A stretch of DNA of 57,729 nucleotides from a virus (taxonomy: Duplodnaviria; Caudoviricetes): positions 1 to 57,729 of IMG/VR virus record IMGVR_UViG_3300036900_000129; one strand, written 5' to 3'. A program made the translations under genes and the position numbers. Under the pieces are notes generated by a model. That model ran no database searches. It was not told where the DNA came from and saw only the letters and a list, made by a program, of their open reading frames with translations. Shown piece by piece: positions 38,967 through 48,009 of this stretch. How positions within the stretch are numbered: position 1 is the stretch's first letter; each line of letters begins with the position of its first letter.

Positions 38967-39991
38967 CCTGCTGCCTCCTCCTGCCCGACCACCTTGAAGC
39001 GGTCACGGCGCATCACGTCGTTAACCCGTCCGATCGGCACGACCCGGCCGTTGCGAGCGAGGTACGCCACCACGTCCGCCGCCGCCGGCTCGCAACCCTG
39101 CTCGCTTCGCAGTGTTGCGAGTGCGAGCCTGATGGCCGCGGACTGTGAGCCGTGCCCGCCGCCGTTCGCAACAGGTGCGAGGGGCCGGCTCGCATTCGCG
39201 GTCGCACCCGCGCTCGCAGCGCTCGCAAGCGGGCTCGCGCTCGCACTGGCGGTGAGAGCAGGCCGTTCGCTGCTGCTCGCAACCGCTCTCGCAACGTCAC
39301 TCGCAGCAGGCACCGGCCGCTTGCGAGCACCCGCATTCGCTGTGCTCTTTGCGAGCCGCTTGCGAACAACCGCTCGCAGTTCCTTGATCGCAGTCCACGG
39401 TGCGCCGATACCCGGCACCCATACCAGCAGCCCGAACGGCGGCAGGGGTTCCACCCTGGCCTTGGCGTCATACCCGTGCTGCGCGCGTCCCACGTCGCGC
39501 CTGGCGGCCCCCAGGATGGCATGGGCCATCCAGTACACCATCACGCTCATCACGGGGAAGAACAGCTCCTCAGCCACGTTCCCGGACCCCAGCGCGCCAC
39601 GCCAGTTGATGAACGCTGACAAGCCCACCAGGACAAGCGCCATCAGGCGGAACTGGGCACCGCTCTCACCCTTCTCAATGCGGTCGAGTGCGAACCCGTA
39701 CACGACGATCGCTGCGATGTCGAGTGAGAGCGGGCCGAGAAGCGAGTGCAGCTGCGACCAGCGCAGGTCACCCTTGAAGAATGCGAGCAGCCCTGAGAAC
39801 GACATCGCTGCGACTGCGAACACCACCGTTGCGAGCAGTGCGAGCGTTGCGACTCGCCGTGCGCGGGTGAGAGTGCCTGCGGGCAGTGCGAGCGGTGCGA
39901 CTGGCTCGCTCGCGCTGCTCGCAACATCCGGCTCGCTCGCATTCTCATTCGCACTCGCAGGTACCAGCCGGCGCGAGAACCTGATCTTCAC
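38963..39991 (-). CDS. DUF2637/Spd-like membrane protein with C-terminal HTH-like domain
   Basis: About 4 TM helices (AMSFSGL..PLSLD..SAFINW..P), Ala/Ser linker, helical basic C-terminus; AAAGGGG RBS before GTG. Confidence 0.75.
   Translation of the reverse strand: MKIRFSRRLVPASANENASEPDVASSASEPVAPLALPAGTLTRARRVATLALLATVVFAVAAMSFSGLLAFFKGDLRWSQLHSLLGPLSLDIAAIVVYGFALDRIEKGESGAQFRLMALVLVGLSAFINWRGALGSGNVAEELFFPVMSVMVYWMAHAILGAARRDVGRAQHGYDAKARVEPLPPFGLLVWVPGIGAPWTAIKELRAVVRKRLAKSTANAGARKRPVPAASDVARAVASSSERPALTASASASPLASAASAGATANASRPLAPVANGGGHGSQSAAIRLALATLRSEQGCEPAAADVVAYLARNGRVVPIGRVNDVMRRDRFKVVGQEEAAG
39050..39960. repeat. Dense dispersed TCGCA/TGCGA motif array
   Basis: About 35 copies counted by hand, in two clusters and both orientations. 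Confidence 0.85.
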
Positions 39992-40013
39992 TGGTGCGTT
40001 CCCCTTTCTTTGG

Positions 40014-40688
40014 TTAGTGGTCCCAGTCGCGTTCGCGGCCGCTCTTGTCCGCCTGCGCGTCCCAGGCATCTCGGATGCGCGGGTCTTCCGCAGGCGGGTT
40101 CTGCTCAGGGTCGGTGTTGCTGGCCGGGTCAGCCCAGCCGGGCAGCTTCGGCATGATGCTCCTCAGTGGGTCTCGTTCAGGCGTGCGATGAACTGGCGTG
40201 TGGTGCCGTTGTCCTGGGTGACGGTGACCATGATGACTGAGCCGCTGGCCGGCTCCCCGGACACCGACGTGATGCAGGCTGGCCTGACCGGCTCAGGTGG
40301 CCTGTCAGGGCTGGTGACGAACGCATGGTGCAGGGTGGCGGCAACCCAGCGGCGCACGGGGTCCATGCTCTCCAGTTGCTTCAGGCCCTCCCGGCTTGGC
40401 TTCCGGTTGATGTCAGCCTTCACCGGCTGGCACCTCCTCAGCCTGCGGGGGCTCAGGGTGCAGCGTGATCAGCTCATCACGCATCCGGCTGGTCAGCTCG
40501 TGGTAGCCCTGCTGGTCGCTCTCAGGCATCGCTTCGAGTGCTGTGCGCCATGCGATGCGGGCGGCGTCGGTGGCCTGTTCCAGTTCCAGGATGGTGCGGT
40601 AAGCCTCAGCGGCTTCCTTGCCCCTGGCGGACAGGCGTGAGGCGTGGCGGGCGGGCCGGGTCTTGGCGGTGCCCTTCGGGTCGGTCAT
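40014..40688 (-). CDS. Three hypothetical genes (40014-40154, 40163-40423, 40413-40688)
   Basis: GGAG RBSs; 40014-40154 is a 46-aa ORF not in the track. Confidence 0.6.
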
Positions 40689-40703
40689 CTGGTGCTCCGT
40701 TTC

Positions 40704-41108
40704 TTAGTAGAGCCGCTTGAGCTGCAACTGGTACGCCTTCACCACGGCGTCCACGGTCTCAGCGGTTGTCCCGTACTGCACGGCGACCCGTGCAGGACTG
40801 TGCCCGTGCATGAGCACGCCCTCTGCGACGGCTTGCTTCCAGGTGGCGGTGTGGTTTTCCCAGCCGGGCTCGATCCGGGCGGCGACCGCGCGCAGCGCAC
40901 AGCGGCGCACCCAGTCGCGGACCTTGTTGAACTCGTATCCGGTGGCACCGTCGCCGTTGATGACGGCGTTCACGGTGTCAAGCATCCGGTCGGTGCTGGG
41001 TGCGGTGCCGCGCTCAGGTAGCTGGCGTGTCAGCACGAGCGCGGCCAGCAGGTCCGCGTCGGCCTGGCCGGTGCTGCGGCTGGCACTGTAGTGGCGTGTC
41101 GTCGGCAT
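40704..41108 (-). CDS. Putative HTH DNA-binding protein
   Basis: C-terminal SPARVAVQYGTTAETVDAVV. Confidence 0.55.
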   Translation of the reverse strand: MPTTRHYSASRSTGQADADLLAALVLTRQLPERGTAPSTDRMLDTVNAVINGDGATGYEFNKVRDWVRRCALRAVAARIEPGWENHTATWKQAVAEGVLMHGHSPARVAVQYGTTAETVDAVVKAYQLQLKRLY

Positions 41109-41133
41109 TTTCGGTTTCCCTCTCTCAAGCGCT

Positions 41134-41161
41134 AACGCTACCACGTACACGTTGGTATTAG
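41134..41161 (-). promoter_or_regulatory. Extended -10 promoter with operator variant
   Basis: Minus strand taataccaACGTGTacgTGgTAGCGT. Confidence 0.55.
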
Positions 41162-42188
41162 CGGGCTGCTGCGATGTCGGCCTGCTCGTCCACCAGCGTG
41201 CACCCGCAGGACAGGGTGGCGTAGGAGCAGCGCCCGCCGGCGTACCCGCTGTAGGTGCCCCACGTCATCACGTTGGCCTGCACCGCGTGGGTGCCGCACC
41301 ATTCAGCGGCGGGGCTCATGTCGCAGCATCCGGGGCAGAATTCGTGGACGATCTCCATGCAGGACTCGTGGATGCATCCGCCTGGGTCTTCGGGGTGATT
41401 GCTGGTGGTGTGCCAGTACGCGCACAGAGGGCCGGTGTGGCAAGTGTGGTTCTCCGTAATGTCGGTGGTCCAGTCTTCCCAGCCGCCGTCCACGGTGATG
41501 CCCAGGGCTGCGGGGCTGATGACCCAGTAGCCGCCGCAGCCGACCGCTACAGCGCCGTTGACGAACACGTGACCGAGCGGGTCGGTGCCCTCGCGCACTA
41601 GGGTTTCGCATTCCGGGCAAGTGCTGGTACGCCAGCGGGCGATCGACGGCGCGTCTGCTGCGCGCGCCGCGTCCAGGTACTCGGCTTCGGTGTAGGTGCT
41701 CATCGCGGGTTCCTCTCATACCGGCCGCTGATCGTGGCGGCAACACGGGCGTTAACGGTGTTGATGCGCGCCTGGCAGGGGTCGCATATGGCGACTTCGC
41801 CTACCTGCTTGCGCGCTGCGGTGTCGGGGTTGGCGTCGAAGACGGGCTTCGGGTCTGCTGCGTTGGTGCAACCGCGCATCTGGCAGGTCATCGTCGCTGT
41901 CCCTTACACCAGGCTCAGCGCTGCGTGCTGCGCGTCGGACTTGAGCGCGTGGTGGTCAACGACCTCGCCGTACACCAGCACGTCCCAACCCTTACCGTTG
42001 CAGGTACCGTTGGTGACCTGGATGCCGTCCACCACGTCGCGGTAATGCTTGCTGTCCTGCGCACCTACGATTTCGTAGGTCATCAGGTACAGGTTGCCCT
42101 TGGCGTTCCGGGGGCCGTTGAACCCGTTGTAAAAGTGGCTGGTCCAGCGCACGTCCCCGTACCCGTTCAGCTTCGGTGTGGCGCTCAT
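41158..42188 (-). CDS. Three hypothetical genes (41158-41703 Cys/His-rich, 41700-41891 Zn-finger-like, 41904-42188)
   Basis: RBSs, coupling, CxxC motifs. Confidence 0.65.
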
Positions 42189-42224
42189 CTGGTGCTCCTT
42201 GCTCCGCTTCGTCCTTACACCTTA

Positions 42225-42252
42225 AGTGTACCACTAACATGTGGGTAGTAGG
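42225..42252 (-). promoter_or_regulatory. Extended -10 promoter with ACATGT operator
   Basis: Minus strand cctactacccACATGTtagTGgTACACT. Confidence 0.65.
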
Positions 42253-42294
42253 GTGCTGGCCGGGAACTGATTACGGCAACTTACGTGTGCGCGG

Positions 42295-42303
42295 TGCTAT
42301 GAT
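42295..42303 (+). promoter_or_regulatory. Extended -10 promoter
   Basis: TGcTATGAT upstream of the lectin gene. Confidence 0.5.
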
Positions 42304-42371
42304 CTGGCCTACCGCGCACACGACAGGACAATCACCCTGGTTGCGCAGCGGAAACACGAGAGGAGCACACG

Positions 42372-43136
42372 ATGCCAGCACGCCGGGCCGTGCTAGGGGC
42401 CGCATCCGCAGCAGCGCTCACCCTAGTCCTGCCGCTGACACTCGCCGGCAGCACCGCGCAAGCCGTCACCAACCAGTGCCTCAACACGCCCCGCCCCGTC
42501 AGCGGGCTCGTCGGCTGCGGCACCCTTTACACCCCCTACCTAGGCGGCGGGCCGCACAACCTCGCCCTTACCCTCACCGCCAGCAGCAACAGCTTCCTGG
42601 CACCCGTGCAGGTGGAAGTGTTCAGCGGCAGCAGCGCCCGCCAGGACTGGACGTTCTACCAGCTGTGCACCCGGATGAGCCTGTACCGCAGCGCCGCCAA
42701 GCCGTGCGGTGACGGCGGCAAGATCGACAAGAACCGCTTCGTCATCCAGTACACCCCGTTCGGCCACCAGCCCCCGGGCGGGGTCAACAGCCAGCAGAGC
42801 CTGTGCCTGGACGACGACAGCAGGCATGTGGTGCTGGCAAACTGCCAGTCGCACCGTGCGTACCTCCAGCCGGGATTCCCCAACCCGCCGTACAGTGACG
42901 GCACGCCTCCTGCGGTGCTGTCCGCTAACCCCGCTGAAGCGTGGATCTTCACCCCCGTCCACGGGGGTGTCACCATCCGCAACGCCGCCACCGGCCGGTA
43001 CCTGGACGACAACGCCAACGGCCCCGCCGGCACGAAGGTGATCACCTGGGAACGTAACGGGAGCGCCGACCAGGTGTGGGCGGTCCTCGGGTGCACCAGC
43101 CCGCTGACCGGCATGCCCGGGTACGGCGGCTGCTGA
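42372..43136 (+). CDS. Secreted ricin-B (beta-trefoil) lectin-like protein
   Basis: Signal peptide ending AQA; QDW, EAW and QVW repeats; LCLDD; IRNAATGRYLD. Confidence 0.75.
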   Translation: MPARRAVLGAASAAALTLVLPLTLAGSTAQAVTNQCLNTPRPVSGLVGCGTLYTPYLGGGPHNLALTLTASSNSFLAPVQVEVFSGSSARQDWTFYQLCTRMSLYRSAAKPCGDGGKIDKNRFVIQYTPFGHQPPGGVNSQQSLCLDDDSRHVVLANCQSHRAYLQPGFPNPPYSDGTPPAVLSANPAEAWIFTPVHGGVTIRNAATGRYLDDNANGPAGTKVITWERNGSADQVWAVLGCTSPLTGMPGYGGC

Positions 43137-43141
43137 CCCCC

Positions 43142-43324
43142 GTGAAAACAGCTGTCCGCTGGCTGTGCCTGGCGGTAACCTACATGGCAGCATTCACTGT
43201 CCTGGCGGCGGTCGCGGGACCGTGGGCGTGGACGCTGATGATAGTGGTCACGCTAGCCGGGATGATCGTGCTGGTGCTCTGCCTGCGCCAGCCGGCGAAC
43301 GTGCGCGGTTCACGGGAACGCTAG
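43142..43324 (+). CDS. Small two-TM membrane protein
   Basis: Hydrophobic 60-aa ORF directly after the lectin gene. Confidence 0.55.
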   Translation: MKTAVRWLCLAVTYMAAFTVLAAVAGPWAWTLMIVVTLAGMIVLVLCLRQPANVRGSRER

Positions 43325-43342
43325 TACTGGCACCCGTGGGAG

Positions 43343-43577
43343 TACCAGCAGTGCAGCCAGGCTCAGCCTGGTGCGGAGAAGGTGGCCACCAGACCCGCGC
43401 CTAGCCTGGGGTTGTAAAGGCCCGCAAGTCCCGGCCGACGCGCCGGTCCCTTACGAGGGGGGCAACCGGGACAGATGAACGGGCTGAGTGGCGAGGAAGG
43501 GTAACGGGCACGGGCCTGGCTGCACCTGGTGCTGAATGGCGAGACGCCCCCGGCAGGTATGCACGGGGGCGTCTCGC
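43343..43577 (+). ncRNA. Candidate structured ncRNA
   Basis: 12-bp perfect closing stem, nested stems, terminator; intergenic. Confidence 0.5.
43539..43577. terminator. 14-bp bidirectional hairpin
   Basis: gcgagacgcccccg / cgggggcgtctcgc. Confidence 0.75.
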
Positions 43578-43645
43578 TGTCATAAGGCGGCTTAACGGTG
43601 CTCCTGATCGGGGAGCTTGGCTTCAAGCCTGCCGGGCTAGCGGTG

Positions 43646-45960
43646 TCACAGGTACTTCGGGGACGGGCTGATGCTGTCCAGCGCCGGGGCGGCCTCCTGG
43701 GTGGGGTCGGTAGCGCTTGTCCGCCACCATGCGCGGGGCAGCGCATGACCGGTGCTCATCCAGTCGTCCAGATGGTCTGCCGCCTGCACCAGGTCGGCGG
43801 TCTGCTCATCGGTGAGCTTTCCGTCTTTAACCCAGGTGCGGACCAGGCCGCGGATGATGTCGAGCAGGTTGTCAGGCTCAGGCAGTTCCTCGCCGTCTTC
43901 ATAGTCGAACAGCGGCTCAACGTCATCGGTCATGGCCGCTTGTCCCGCCAGTTGTAAAACAGGGTGTCGCCTTCCAGGCGCGGTAGCGGCCCGGCATCCT
44001 GCTGCGGGATCTCGTGCAGCGGTACGCTCCTGGCCCCTGGCGGGCTGGCCGGCCGGTAGTCCCTGCCGCCGGCGTTCAGCCACACCTGGTAGGCGTCACG
44101 GTCAGCGCAGTACGGGCATTCACCGTCCGGGTCGCTCACCGGATGCTGCTCGCAGAACGCATGCGCTGACAGCTGGATGGCTAGTTGCTGTGCTACCTGC
44201 CGCCAGTGCGGCTGGCGTTTCCCGGGCGGGACGCGCACGTTACCCTCCATCAGTCCACCTCCAGGATTACCGGGACACCGAGCGGGGCGGTCTCACGCAG
44301 GTACCGCATCACCCCGTAGCCGTTTGAGACTTCCTCACCGTCATGGGTGATGATCAGGGTGCCGCCCTCAGCACGGAACCGGACGTGCACCGGGTCGGGA
44401 CCGAACGGCTCCCACAAGCTCACGCCCCGGTCTGGTGCGCAGCGGAGGAACGCCACGAACACCTCAAGGTGGTCCGGGCCGTCCTCCGGGACACGGACAT
44501 GCGCCATGCCGGTCACGATCGACTTGCGGAGACGACGGGATGATGAGACACCCAGCCAGTCTTTGATCTCCTGCTCAGTCACGGCGTGATCCCCCCGTCC
44601 CAGTCCCGGCCGCTGGTGAACGCGGCGTACTCAGGTGACTCACCCTCAGCGGTGCAGCCGGTCAGGGCACGCACCATCTGGTCGATAAGCCACTGCTTGT
44701 GATGAGCGCCGTCAGTGCCGCCGTAGCTGCTGGCCAGCATGAGCGCCGCCAGGATTCGCTGATCAGACTCGGTGTCCTGTGATCGCCTTTCCAGCGGGAT
44801 GGCAGTGCACTGCCCGTCGCAACTGCAATCACGGTGATCGGCGTCAAAGTCACCGTTCTTGTCCGGGCCGACCCGGCAGCCGCACCCGGACGGGCACAGC
44901 GACCGCTCAGGCTGGGGTAGCAGGGCCAGGATCTCATCGGCCATGCCCAGCAGATTGCGCTGGAGCGGAACATCATCAGGGTGCAGGGTGGCCGGATCAT
45001 CGCCAAGCCAGTTCGTAAGGACCGCCCGGTCCGCTGGGTCGGTGTAGCCCTGCTGGTAGCAGTACATGAGCCAGGCCAGTTGCTCCCGCTGGGTAAAGCC
45101 CTGGGCCGCATTCAGCTCTTGCGCGACCAGGGCTCGTTCGTCCTCGCGGATGATGGGCTCAACTACGGCCACTATCGCCCTGGTGATGGCTTCGCGCTCG
45201 CTCAGCGGCACGAACTGCACGGGTGCCAGCATCGCCGTGAGAGTGTTGAACGCGTGAGCGTGGACGCGGTAAGCGGTGCTGCGCGGGTCAATGCCGGCCT
45301 GTCCCGCGTTCCCGCTGCCCGGACCCGGGCCACCTTCGGCCTCAAGCTGGTCGGCAGCCTGGTTGATTACGTCCGTGACCTTGTGGGCGCTCTCCCCAAA
45401 GTGGAATTCCCGGTCGTAGAACGGCGTGGCGCCGTCCGTGTACTTGTAAACGGTGATCCGGTATCGCATGGCGCGCTTCTCCTCTCGAGTATTTTTCAGC
45501 GGCGGGCTGCTGCCGGCGGCGTAGCACAGCGCCCGGACCAGGGTTGCCTGGTCGGGTACCCGGCCGTCTTCGTAGCGGCTCAGGGTGACCGCCGTGTCTG
45601 CCGCAGCCGCGCGTAAGCATCGGAGGCTTCCCGGCTTCCCGGCCGGGCGTCGGTCAGCGGCTGGTCTTCAAGCAGCACCGACAGCAGCGCCAGGTACGCC
45701 TTGAACGCGGTCAGGGTGGTGAGTTCCGGTTGCCCGCCGAACGCCTTTCCGATCTTGTCGCTGTGGTGGACACGGTGGATCGCGGTGGCCCACTGCCATG
45801 CGTCGGTAAGGGCTGGCCGGCGGAAGTACACCTCAACCGGGGCGGCGGTCGTGGTAGCGCGCAGCACGTAATGGCTGCTGGTGCTTTTCTCACCGACCAG
45901 CGGCCCGACTGTGAAACCGAGCTTTTCCGCGTACACCTTGACCTGGTTGGGTGTCGCCAT
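43646..45960 (-). CDS. Five hypothetical genes (43646-43933, 43930-44250, 44250-44582, 44579-45469, 45580-45960)
   Basis: Coupled ORFs; 43930-44250 has C..H..CPYC. Confidence 0.65.
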
Positions 45961-45968
45961 CGGGTGCC

Positions 45969-46400
45969 TCATGGTGCTGTCACCTGCCGTGTCTTCTCAG
46001 TGACGGGCTTACCAGGCAGGATGGCCTGTTGCCAGGCCCGCTTAACCTGCTCTGCGGTTGCTCCCGGCATGTGGTGCGTCATGAACTCCCACGGCCATGA
46101 GAACACGGCGGCGCTGGCCTTCACGGCACGCACAGCTACTTCAAGATGCCGGCGGCGTGGCACCTTAAGGCTGTTCCGGTAGTGGATCAGCATCCCGGCG
46201 CACAAGTCCGCGGAAGGCAGTTGCGTTACCTCCCAGGCAGGATCGCTGTAGTCGATCTGCTCATGGCATGGCATGTCACCCTCGGTGGTGACAGACGCCC
46301 AGTAGAAGTGAACCGGATCGTCGTCACCCAGGTAACCGGGAAGGCTGGTGACCCGCCACGGGCACCCTTGGCATGGTGTGGTGCGGCCTAGCTTCGGCAT
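45969..46400 (-). CDS. DUF6283-like Cys-motif protein
   Basis: PCQGCPWR..PCH..LCAG. Confidence 0.6.
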   Translation of the reverse strand: MPKLGRTTPCQGCPWRVTSLPGYLGDDDPVHFYWASVTTEGDMPCHEQIDYSDPAWEVTQLPSADLCAGMLIHYRNSLKVPRRRHLEVAVRAVKASAAVFSWPWEFMTHHMPGATAEQVKRAWQQAILPGKPVTEKTRQVTAP

Positions 46401-46811
46401 TTACCCTTCCTCCTGATCTTCCTGGTCGGTGTGCCAGCCGACCCCGTGCGGGTGCCCGGGGGTTCCGCAGGTGCACAGCTTGACGCGGTTGAAAGCATGA
46501 TGTGAGTACACGCCGAACAGCTGGCGCAGCTCGTAACGGCCGATCAGCACACGGCCCCGGTCACCCTCATGCACCCCGGACCAGTTGGACCCGAAAACGT
46601 CAACCATGATGGCGCGGGCCTCAGCCTCACTGGGTGCGCCGATCAGGACGAAGTACCCGCCGAGTGACATGCCGCCCAGTTCCGGGTCCGCATGGTGGAT
46701 GCGCCCGTTGCGGAGCACGTGATCGGGACCGAAGGTGAAGTAGTAGCTGCGGCTGCGCGGCAGCGGGTTAGCGCGCGCCTGGGCGCTACGGGGCGGCGGC
46801 TGGTTCATCAT
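46401..46811 (-). CDS. Hypothetical protein
   Basis: YYFTFG.DH..AR..M...FG.NWS motif; strong RBS. Confidence 0.7.
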   Translation of the reverse strand: MMNQPPPRSAQARANPLPRSRSYYFTFGPDHVLRNGRIHHADPELGGMSLGGYFVLIGAPSEAEARAIMVDVFGSNWSGVHEGDRGRVLIGRYELRQLFGVYSHHAFNRVKLCTCGTPGHPHGVGWHTDQEDQEEG

Positions 46812-47245
46812 CGGTGCTGTCCTCTCCTGGTGGCGTGCCTGCGTAGTTCCGGTGGCAGGTGATCGTCGGGTTCGCCTGGCTGGAGTGTCTGACCGGCCAC
46901 CATGTCATCCCAGGTCTCGTACAGTTCCGGCCACTGCGCTCCGCGATCGAGCACGTCGGCGGGAAGACGGCCTGTTGCGATGGCAACCCTGAGTTCCACG
47001 CTGTCGCGGCCGAACGCTGCCGCCCAGCCTGCGCAGAGCATGTCGGCTCCGGTGCCGGGCGCACCCTCGTGACATCCGAACAGGGGTGCACCTAGCAGCG
47101 CGTGATCGCCGGGCCGGTCCTCGACCGTGGCGCGCAGCATCTCCCAGCGTTCGGCAGGGAACTTGGAGCGCGGGTTGTCGTCGTTGTCCTTGACGACGGG
47201 GCATTCTCCGCAGGGGAAGCGCCGGTGAGGCATGCAGATGGTCAT
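46808..47245 (-). CDS. DUF6283-like Cys-motif protein
   Basis: PCGECP..FPAERW..FGCH..LCAGW..LY.TW..M. Confidence 0.7.
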   Translation of the reverse strand: MTICMPHRRFPCGECPVVKDNDDNPRSKFPAERWEMLRATVEDRPGDHALLGAPLFGCHEGAPGTGADMLCAGWAAAFGRDSVELRVAIATGRLPADVLDRGAQWPELYETWDDMVAGQTLQPGEPDDHLPPELRRHATRRGQHR

Positions 47246-47270
47246 GCCGGCTTCTCAGATCTGCTCATCG

Positions 47271-47894
47271 TCATTCTCCCGGCTCATGGAACGGGTCAAG
47301 GCTGCTGCCTGTTGACATGGGGTTCAGCTCTGGCGGGCAGGTTGCCCGGCCGGACTGGTCAGCCCAGTAGCCGTTGTTGCGGGCTATCGTCTGACCGCAG
47401 CCCGCGCACTCGCGCACCTCTTCTGTGCGCTCGCCGGGGTCGCTGGCTAGCCCCTGGCAGGTGCCGTGCAGGGTGTGCGCCTTTAGGCGGTTGCACTGGT
47501 TAAGGCCGCTCATCGGGGTTTCCCTCTCTCGGTGGGTCGGTTAGCGCTGGTACAGCGCGCAGGTAACCATGCCGCGCAGCACGCACGTGTCGTCGCGCTC
47601 GGTGTCGTGCACGGTCCATCCGGCTGCGTCCAGCACCGCGTTGAGCACGGGCAGGGTCAGCGTGCCGGCCAGCGTGCTTGCCTGGCGGTAGTCCATGGAG
47701 GGGCTGTCCAGCAGCCGGCGGGCGATCTGCTCGCGTACTAGGGTGAGCCGGCCGGCGTAGAAGCGGGCGGCTGACGGGTCCATGGCCACGGTCTCGGCGT
47801 CGGTCACGCACTGGGCCAGGTTGGCGGCGGTGCGCTCCAGGCGGTACATCGGGTACTGCTCCGGGTCCTGTATGCGGGTCTCAAAGGTCTGCAT
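47271..47894 (-). CDS. Two hypothetical genes (47271-47513, 47541-47894)
   Basis: GAGAGGG RBSs. Confidence 0.65.
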
Positions 47895-47932
47895 TTCGGT
47901 GGCTCCCTCTCAGCGGTGCTTACAACACTCCC

Positions 47933-47966
47933 AGTGTACCACCTACATGTTGGTAGTAGGATGGCC
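47933..47966 (-). promoter_or_regulatory. Extended -10 promoter with ACATGT operator
   Basis: Minus strand ggccatcctactaccaACATGTaggTGgTACACT. Confidence 0.7.
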
Positions 47967-48009
47967 AGGACGGTATTCATTTGCCCTGGCCACCACTATT
48001 TTTCCCGGT

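Noticed and set aside
38994-40640. 548-aa plus-strand ORF
   Set aside because: Opposes several well-formed minus-strand genes and has low-complexity composition
43343-43530. Assignment to raiA motif, RNase P, tmRNA, cobalamin riboswitch or hammerhead
   Set aside because: Only short coincidental matches; the core consensus elements are missing
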